DNA of 64,000 nucleotides from Planctomycetota bacterium (GTDB taxonomy: Bacteria > Planctomycetota > JAJSAM01 > JAJVHW01). The stretch spans positions 160,001-224,000 of the forward strand of contig CBDFJG010000001.1 in assembly GCA_965248445.1 (NCBI GenBank), read 5' to 3'. Shown here one piece after another: positions 57,661-64,000 of the stretch. Numbering within the stretch: the stretch's first letter is position 1; each line of letters opens with the position of its first letter. The position numbers and the translations under genes are program-made. The notes beneath the pieces were generated by a model. It had not been told where the DNA came from. It saw only the letters and a program-made list of their open reading frames with translations, and did no database searches.

Positions 57661-58401
57661 TTACGCCGGGCGCACGCGCGCGAGGAACGTGCGGAGCCGG
57701 TCGCTCTGCGGCGCGCTCAGGAGATCCGAGGTGGCGCCCTCCTCGACCACCTCGCCGGCATCCATGAACACCGTGCGTGTGGAAACTTCCGCGGCGAACG
57801 CGAGCTCGTGCGTGACGACGCACATCGTGGTTCCCGCGGCGGCAATCTCTCGGAGAACCTCGAGAACCTCGCCCACGGTCTCCGGATCCAGGGCGCTCGT
57901 CGGCTCGTCGCAGAGCAGCGCGTCGGGGCGCATCGCGAGTGCACGGGCGATGGCCACTCGCTGCTGCTGGCCGCCCGACAGTTGCGACGGGCGTGACGCC
58001 TCCCGGTCGGCCAGACCGACGCGCCACAGCAGTTCGCGCGCGTGCTGCTCCGCGTCGCGGCGGGACTCCGCTCCCACCAGCACCGGGGCGAGGACGAGAT
58101 TGTCGAGGACAGAGAGATGGGGAAACAGGTGGAAGGCCTGGAAGACCATCGCGACCCGTCGCCGGGCGGCATCGATGCCCCGGGCACCGGCGCGCACCGG
58201 CTGGCCGGCCACCGTCACCTCTCCGGAATCCGGGACCTCCAGCCCGTTCAGGCAGCGCAGGAGGGTGGACTTTCCGCTGCCCGAGCGACCCACGATCGTG
58301 ACGATTTCGCCCCTGCGGACCGTCAGGTCCACTCCGGCGAGCGCAACGGTCTCTCCGTAACGCTTCCGAAGACCGGTGGCGGTGACGACGACGTCGCTCA
58401 C
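57661..58401 (-). CDS. Polar amino-acid ABC transporter ATP-binding protein
   Basis: GRSGSGKST, MVFQAFHLFPH, LSGGQQQRVAIARALA, DEPTSALDPE. Confidence 0.92.
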   Translation of the reverse strand: MSDVVVTATGLRKRYGETVALAGVDLTVRRGEIVTIVGRSGSGKSTLLRCLNGLEVPDSGEVTVAGQPVRAGARGIDAARRRVAMVFQAFHLFPHLSVLDNLVLAPVLVGAESRRDAEQHARELLWRVGLADREASRPSQLSGGQQQRVAIARALAMRPDALLCDEPTSALDPETVGEVLEVLREIAAAGTTMCVVTHELAFAAEVSTRTVFMDAGEVVEEGATSDLLSAPQSDRLRTFLARVRPA

Positions 58402-59180
58402 AGCCGCGCCACCGGGAGGGACTCGGGCGGCGCCATGCGGCGCTCGAGCCGTCGCGAGAACCACGCCAGAGGCAGCGTGACACAAAGGTAGAGCGCCGCG
58501 AGCGCCAGGAACGCACCCCAGGTCTCGTAGCGATCTGCCTGCAGACCCTTGGCGTGGTAGGTGATCTCGGCGACGCCGATGATCGAGAGGAGCGAGCTCT
58601 CCTTCACGAGCGACACGGCCTCACCGGTGAGCGGCGGGAGCATGCGCCGCACGCATTGCGGGAGGATCACGTGACGCAGCGCTTGCGCGTGGGACAGACC
58701 GAGCGAGCGCGCGGCCTCCCACTGTCCGCGCCCGACGGATTCGACCGCTGCGCGCACGATCTCCGCGATGTACGCCCCGGCGAACACGCCCAGTCCCGCG
58801 GCGCCCACGACCGCAGCGAGCGACGCATCGAACAGGCGTGCGAGCTGCAGCAACTCCGCGATGCACCAGTACCAGACGTAGAGCTGCACGAGGAACGGTG
58901 TCCCCCGGACGATCTCGACGTAGACCCGCGCTACCTGGTCGAGAGCGACGGACCGCGAGAGGCGGGCCAGCGCGGCCGCCGTTCCGAGGACGAGGCCCAG
59001 CAGCAGCGCCCCCGCGGAGATGGCCACCGTGAGCCAGAGGCCCTGCAGGAACAGCCCGCGCCGCGCCCAGGCGAGGTGCCAACGGATCTCGACTGGAGCG
59101 AGGGAGAGGGCCAGAACGACGAGGGCCGCGAGGCCCAGGGTGACCGCGAAGCGGACTCCCCGCTCCCGGCCCGGGGTCAC
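58398..59180 (-). CDS. Polar amino-acid ABC transporter permease
   Basis: YVEIVRGTPFLVQL, AYIAEIVR, GQWEAARSLGL, KESSL. Confidence 0.92.
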   Translation of the reverse strand: MTPGRERGVRFAVTLGLAALVVLALSLAPVEIRWHLAWARRGLFLQGLWLTVAISAGALLLGLVLGTAAALARLSRSVALDQVARVYVEIVRGTPFLVQLYVWYWCIAELLQLARLFDASLAAVVGAAGLGVFAGAYIAEIVRAAVESVGRGQWEAARSLGLSHAQALRHVILPQCVRRMLPPLTGEAVSLVKESSLLSIIGVAEITYHAKGLQADRYETWGAFLALAALYLCVTLPLAWFSRRLERRMAPPESLPVARL

Positions 59181-59983
59181 CGTGCGTCCTTGGCCTTGAA
59201 GCGCGCTGGGTCGCCCAGCCAGGTCTCGATCAGCTTCCAGACGCGGCCGCCGGGCTGACTCTCGCGGTCCAGGAACTTGCTGACGGGCTGCGTCAGGGGC
59301 GAGCCCTTGCCGAACGCGATGCAGTAGTGGTCGGTGCCGAGCACCGTGTCGGGCACGCTCGTCTTGTCCGGATGTAGGCCATGCAGCTTGAGCACGGAGA
59401 CCATGTCGTAGACGAGTGCGTCGGCCCGGCCGCCGGCCACCTCGAGCGCGGCGTCGAGTTCACGGTCGTAGGAACGAATCGTGGCGCGCGGGAAGTGCTC
59501 GCGCGCCGTCTCCTCGCCCGTGGTCTTGCGCTGTACTGCAATCACGACACCCTCGCGGTCCAGGGTCGTCAGATCGGTGATCGTTCCCGCCCGCTGTGTG
59601 CTGAGCAACACACCCATTGCCATGCGGACGTAGGGCCGGCTGAAGTCGACCTGCTCCGCGCGCTCGGGGGTGTAGGAGAGGCCCGAGATGACGGCGTCGA
59701 CTCGGCCCAGGCGCAACTCCTCGAGCAGCGCCGCGAACTCGAGGTTGCGGAACTCGATGGGCCGGCCGAGTTCCTCGCCGACGGCGCGCATGAGCTCGAT
59801 GTCGAGCCCGACCAGGCTGCCGTCGTCGGCCACCGATTCGAACGGCGGGAACGCGGCCTCGGTGCCGACGACGAGCGGCTGCTGGCCGGCCGTGGCCGGA
59901 TCCTCCCTCCGGCAGCCGCCGACCGCGACGGCGACCAGCAGTGACGCAAGCAGCAGGGTCCGGCGGGAGGCTGTTCGTGGCAT
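59177..59983 (-). CDS. Polar amino-acid ABC transporter substrate-binding lipoprotein
   Basis: Lipobox VGGC; GTEAAFPPFE, GLDIEL, TPERAEQVDFSRPY. Confidence 0.92.
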   Translation of the reverse strand: MPRTASRRTLLLASLLVAVAVGGCRREDPATAGQQPLVVGTEAAFPPFESVADDGSLVGLDIELMRAVGEELGRPIEFRNLEFAALLEELRLGRVDAVISGLSYTPERAEQVDFSRPYVRMAMGVLLSTQRAGTITDLTTLDREGVVIAVQRKTTGEETAREHFPRATIRSYDRELDAALEVAGGRADALVYDMVSVLKLHGLHPDKTSVPDTVLGTDHYCIAFGKGSPLTQPVSKFLDRESQPGGRVWKLIETWLGDPARFKAKDAR

Positions 59984-60288
59984 CGGGGCGGAGTGTAAAG
60001 CGCCGCGCGGGTCGGGAGAGGCGCGGATGTAACCAAACCGCCGCGGACGGCGTCCCCGAGCCGTCGAGTGTTGGGGGGGGGGCGGGGGTGGCAGTTTGCG
60101 GTCGCGAGGCCGGGCGACGGGCGGGAGCTTTTCGAGCCTGTCAGGGTCTCAGGACACCCCTTCGGTGACCGGAGGCTCGACCACGGCCTCGGCGGTTCCC
60201 CAGGGCGGGGCTCAACCCCGAGCCTCCGGCTGGCCGAAGAAAGGGAGCGTCCCAAGGCCGTCTGCCTCGGCCGAGATGGAGGAATCCG

Positions 60289-60555
60289 ATGAAGAAGACC
60301 CTGATCGCGCTGGCGGTTGCCAGCCTTCTCACGTCCGGCTGCTACACGTCGCGCCGCGTTGTCGGCGACGAACTGAAGGGCGGCATCACAAACCCCGCTC
60401 TCTGGGTGACGGTCCCGATCGACACCGTGATGGCGCCGTTCCAGATCCCCAAGTGGCTGTCGGACGAGACCGACCCCTGGACCCCCTGGGATCCGGACAC
60501 GATCCGCGAGGAGTACGAGTACTCCGACTGGGCGAAGCAGGGCTTCGCGTTCTAG
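60289..60555 (+). CDS. Small lipoprotein
   Basis: GGAGG RBS; MKKTLIALAVASLLTSGC lipobox; VPIDTVMAPF segment. Confidence 0.75.
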   Translation: MKKTLIALAVASLLTSGCYTSRRVVGDELKGGITNPALWVTVPIDTVMAPFQIPKWLSDETDPWTPWDPDTIREEYEYSDWAKQGFAF

Positions 60556-60963
60556 CCCTCGCGGGACGCCTCGGCACCCACGGATGCCCCCCGGCCGGAC
60601 GGCCTAGGAGAGCTCGCTCTCCGGTCGCCCGGCCGGCGCTCCAGTGGGGCCCTCGGTAACCGATTCGGCGCTTTTTGTGCACCGTCTCCTCGGGTTGACA
60701 CCCTCCGTCGGCGCAAACCCTGCCACGAGCAGGGTTTCGGTCCATGTGGGGACGTGCTGCGAGATGCCGGAAAGACCCCCACGCACCGAGATTCGTAGGT
60801 GTGCGCTCGCGCGCGTAGGTAGCCTCCGCGGCTTTATCGGGGGAAAGACGTCCAAAGTCCTCCTGACAGGCCTCGAAGCCCCTGCAGAGGGCCGCCACGG
60901 CGGGCCGCGACGCAGGATCTTCACGAGACCGGGACGCGACCCTCGAAAGCGCGCGTACTCCTC

Positions 60964-61179
60964 ATGACGGGCCCCAACGACCGGGCGGGAACATCGTGGC
61001 TTCGCTTCACTCACCTCGGCTTTCAGTACTGCCTGACCTTGCTGCTATTCGTAGCGGCGGGGATGTGGGCGGATCGTCGACTGGAGTGGGATCCGTGGCT
61101 CACGATCGCGGGGTCGGTGGTGGGGTTCGCGGCGGCGACGTATCTGATCGTCAAGCAGACGTCAGAGATCGGCCGCTGA
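60964..61179 (+). CDS. AtpZ/AtpI-type two-TM F0F1 accessory protein
   Basis: GMWADRRL...PWLTIAGSVVG; first gene of the atp operon. Confidence 0.8.
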   Translation: MTGPNDRAGTSWLRFTHLGFQYCLTLLLFVAAGMWADRRLEWDPWLTIAGSVVGFAAATYLIVKQTSEIGR

Positions 61180-61220
61180 CGCCGGCGTCGTTTGTCGAGC
61201 GCGTCTTCGGCACGGGCTCG

Positions 61221-61643
61221 ATGGCGCTGCTGTTCCTCGTACTGCTGTGGCTGGTCGCCGCCTACCGCGGATTCGACCCGACCGTCGCGCTCGGCCTCGC
61301 CGTCGGCACGTTCGTCGGGCTGGTCAGCCTGGTGGGCGAGATCGCCATTGTCGGGCGCTCGATGCGCAGCTTCGCGCGCAACGGCATCGGCGCGACGCTC
61401 ACGACCTTCGGCATGCGACTCGCCACCGTCGGGATGCTCGGCGTCTGGTTCCTGGTGCTCGACGCCGTCGACGCTGAGGCCTTCTGCCTGAGCTATATCT
61501 CGACCTTCTTCGTGTACATGTGCTGGCTCACGTGGCGCTACCACCGCGAGCCGGTGCACTACACGCCTGCCAAGGCGAAGAAGTACATCAAGTACGACGA
61601 CAAGCCGAGCGTTCGTGACCTGGTCCGCGGGGGTGTCGCGTGA
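61221..61643 (+). CDS. ATP synthase protein I-like four-TM protein
   Basis: Four hydrophobic helices directly upstream of atpB; the start may lie up to about 45 nt further upstream. Confidence 0.65.
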   Translation: MALLFLVLLWLVAAYRGFDPTVALGLAVGTFVGLVSLVGEIAIVGRSMRSFARNGIGATLTTFGMRLATVGMLGVWFLVLDAVDAEAFCLSYISTFFVYMCWLTWRYHREPVHYTPAKAKKYIKYDDKPSVRDLVRGGVA

Positions 61644-62467
61644 ACGCGCTCCTCGCCGCCGGCGACCCGTTCGAGCACACGTGGAACACGTGGCACATCC
61701 ACTTCTACCGGTGGGACCTCGACCTGCGGGCCATCCCGGGCTTCGAGGCGCTCGGCATCACGAACTTCGTGGTCGTGATGGGAGTGGTCGCCCTGCTGCT
61801 CGCCCTGGTCGGCCGCAAGATCGGCAAGGAGGCCGCGAAGGCGTCCACCGAGGGCCGCATGCCGCGCACGCTGACGCACCTGTTCGAGGTGTTCGTCCAG
61901 TTCATCCGCGACGACATGATGAAGCCGAACATGCCGCACCACTACAAGCGTGAGGGGTTCATCGGGCTGTTCTGCACGATGTTCTTCTTCATCCTGTTGT
62001 GCAACCTGATCGGTCTCCTGCCGCAGCCGTTCGGACACACCGCCACCGGCAGCTTCTGGATCTCAGGCGGACTCGCGTTCGGCGTCACGCTCATCGTGAT
62101 GGTGACGGCCGGCATGAAGGAGCACGGTCCTCTCGGACTCGTGGTTCACCTGGCGCCGCCGTCGCCGTGGTGGGTCCGGTGGCCGATGCTGCTCCCGATC
62201 GAGGTGATCGGCATCTTCGTGAAGCCGTTCTCCTTGACGATCCGGCTCGCGGCCAACATGACCGCGGGCCACATCATCCTCGCGGTTCTCTCCGGCTTCC
62301 TGACCGCTTCGGTCTCGTGGATGGTCGGCGCGCTGGTCTACCCCGCGAGTGCATTCGGCTTCGCCGCCATCACGGTCTTCGAGATCGTGATCGCCTTCAT
62401 CCAGGCATACATCTTCACAGTTCTGAGTTGCGTGTTCGTCGGCCAGATGGTGGCGCACGAGCACTAA
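61640..62467 (+). CDS. atpB: F0F1 ATP synthase subunit a
   Basis: FFFILLCNLIGLLP, KPFSLTIRLAANMTAGH, FEIVIAFIQAYIFTVL. Confidence 0.95.
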   Translation: MNALLAAGDPFEHTWNTWHIHFYRWDLDLRAIPGFEALGITNFVVVMGVVALLLALVGRKIGKEAAKASTEGRMPRTLTHLFEVFVQFIRDDMMKPNMPHHYKREGFIGLFCTMFFFILLCNLIGLLPQPFGHTATGSFWISGGLAFGVTLIVMVTAGMKEHGPLGLVVHLAPPSPWWVRWPMLLPIEVIGIFVKPFSLTIRLAANMTAGHIILAVLSGFLTASVSWMVGALVYPASAFGFAAITVFEIVIAFIQAYIFTVLSCVFVGQMVAHEH

Positions 62468-62518
62468 TCACAAGGACGCGGTGCGACCCGGTTGGGCGCC
62501 CGCGAGGAGGTAGTTCCG

Positions 62519-62779
62519 ATGGAAGGACTTGGAATCGGATTTCTCGGTGCCGCGCTCGGCGCCGGTGCTGCCGCGCTGGCCGCGGCGTTCGGTATCGGCA
62601 AGATCGCGGCTGCGGCCTGTGAGTCGATCGCGCGCCAGCCCGAGGCTGTCGCGGACATCAAGGCCAACACGATCCTGACGGCCGCCTTCATCGAGGGTGT
62701 CTGCCTGTTCGCCTGCGTGATCGCGCTGCTGGTCAACGGCAACGTCCTCACGGCGATCGAGACGGTCACCGCCAAGTAG
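62519..62779 (+). CDS. atpE: F0F1 ATP synthase subunit c
   Basis: GAALGAG, IARQPE loop, ion-binding Glu in FIEGV. Confidence 0.95.
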   Translation: MEGLGIGFLGAALGAGAAALAAAFGIGKIAAAACESIARQPEAVADIKANTILTAAFIEGVCLFACVIALLVNGNVLTAIETVTAK

Positions 62780-62786
62780 CCCGCTC

Positions 62787-62810
62787 CACCGACCGGTGCG
62801 CCGGTCGGTG
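62787..62810 (+). other. Intercistronic hairpin after atpE
   Basis: CACCGACCGG-TGCG-CCGGTCGGTG perfect 10-bp stem. Confidence 0.5.
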
Positions 62811-62958
62811 AAGCGTGTGCGTACGCCCGGCTCCGACACCCGCGGGTGGCGGAGCCGGGGCGCGTGGACGGTGGCGCGTCGTGGGGACGGGCTGCCGAGT
62901 TGGAAGTGCGTAGAAGTGCGTGGATGCTCGGCATCCGACGCAGGTTGGGAGCAAGGGC

Positions 62959-63516
62959 ATGCTCTATCTGCTGCTAGCTGCCGAAGAGGGTGGCCACGGG
63001 GTGATCAGCCCCTTGGACTTGTTCCATCCGGCCAATCACAAGGCCGCGTTCTGGGCTCTCGGCATCTTCATCCTGCTGGTCTTCGTTCTGAAGAAGCTGG
63101 CGTGGACTCCGATCGTCGCGGGACTGAACGCCCGCGAAGACCGCATCGCCGAGAGCTTGAAGAAGGCCGAGGAGATCGAGAAGGCCACCGCGGAGCTCGC
63201 CGAGACGAACCGCAAGACCCTCGAAGAGGCGCAGCAGAAGGCGCAGCAGATCATCGCGGACGCCCGCGAGGCCTCCCGCACCGCGGGCGACGAGATCATG
63301 GCCAAGGCGCGCGCCGAAATCGAAGCCAGCCGCGATCGCGCCAAGCGCGAGGTCGCTCTCGAGATGGAGAAGGCCCGCTCGGAGTTGCGCGCAGAGACGG
63401 TCAACCTCACCGTCGCCGCGGCGTCGCGACTCGTCGGACGCAGCCTGTCCGGGGACGACCAGCGCCGCCTTGCGATGGAAGCGCTTCGCGATGCGGAAGA
63501 CGTGGCGAGGAACTAG
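62959..63516 (+). CDS. atpF: F0F1 ATP synthase subunit b
   Basis: FWALGIFILLVFVLKKLAWTPIVAGLNAREDRI followed by a coiled coil. Confidence 0.93.
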   Translation: MLYLLLAAEEGGHGVISPLDLFHPANHKAAFWALGIFILLVFVLKKLAWTPIVAGLNAREDRIAESLKKAEEIEKATAELAETNRKTLEEAQQKAQQIIADAREASRTAGDEIMAKARAEIEASRDRAKREVALEMEKARSELRAETVNLTVAAASRLVGRSLSGDDQRRLAMEALRDAEDVARN

Positions 63517-63524
63517 AGGCACGC

Positions 63525-64000
63525 GTGGCCAATCCCAGTGAACCTGCTGCCCGCGTCTACGCCGGGGCGCTCGTCCAGGTCGGTCACGAGACCGGTCAGA
63601 TGGGCGCGATCTACCGAGACCTCATGGCCGTCGCGCGCATGTATGCGGATGACGACTGGTTCCGGAACTTCTTCACGTCTCCGCGCATCGACCGGGAGGT
63701 GAAGTGGCGTGCAGTCCTCGCGGCGTTCGAGGGACAGGTCGGCCGTCCTGTCCTGGGGCTTCTCAAGGTCCTCATCACGAAGGGCCGCGCGGCGCTCCTC
63801 GACAACGTGGCGGGCCAGTTCGAGAAGTACCGCGACGAGGCTGAGAACCGCATCCACGCGCACGTGACCCTGGCGACGGAGCTCCCCGCCGCGGACCTGG
63901 ACGCTCTGCGCGGCCGCCTCGAACGCACGAGCGGCAAGACCGTCGAGATGCACGTCCACGTGCACCCCGAGGCGCTCGGCGGCGCCGCGATCCGCATCGG
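63525..64000 (+). CDS. atpH: F0F1 ATP synthase subunit delta (partial)
   Basis: Not in the ORF track. Manual translation gives MANPSEPAARVYAGAL...FFTSPRI...LLKVLITKGR...HPEALGGAAIRI. Confidence 0.92.
   Translation, partial: MANPSEPAARVYAGALVQVGHETGQMGAIYRDLMAVARMYADDDWFRNFFTSPRIDREVKWRAVLAAFEGQVGRPVLGLLKVLITKGRAALLDNVAGQFEKYRDEAENRIHAHVTLATELPAADLDALRGRLERTSGKTVEMHVHVHPEALGGAAIRI

Noticed and set aside
60690..60800. c-di-GMP-like riboswitch (GCAAA, GAAA words) upstream of the atp operon
   Set aside because: Motif order and pairing do not fit; only a simple AAACCCTGC/GCAGGGTTT hairpin is supported.
62519..62779. Na+-translocating or N-type ATPase
   Set aside because: Subunit c lacks the Q...ES/T sodium signature, and the gene order atpB-E-F-H is the standard F-type order.

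Overview
High-GC bacterial DNA, probably Planctomycetota-like (inferred from HEAT-repeat, PEP-CTERM, DUF1549/DUF1553-like and histone H1-like genes). It may come from a long-read assembly, since two genes carry single-base frameshifts. The centrepiece is a ~25 kb locus (15.2-40.6 kb). It combines three large multiheme c-type cytochromes (10, 18 and 15 CxxCH motifs), a tandem GlcG/HbpS heme-binding protein, an outer-membrane beta-barrel, a di-heme-b-like membrane protein and a 2x cNMP-binding/4x[4Fe-4S] protein. It also has several FHA proteins and a divergent FHA-GAF-adenylate cyclase plus MBL-fold cAMP phosphodiesterase. Together these suggest a cAMP- and phospho-threonine-coupled trans-envelope electron-transfer or redox-sensing system. 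Other highlights: a hidden UxxC thioredoxin-like selenoprotein with a SECIS-like hairpin; a precursor-less DUF692/DUF2063/GNAT operon; a candidate structured ncRNA; REP-like palindromes with compensatory changes; an IS3-family element truncating an integrase; and evidence for leaderless genes. Housekeeping genes include fbaB, a 2-oxoacid:ferredoxin oxidoreductase, citrate synthase, a UbiD decarboxylase, an amino-acid ABC transporter, cutA and the start of the F0F1 atp operon. No rRNA, tRNA or CRISPR array was recognised. All family calls are from motif recognition by eye; no database search was run.
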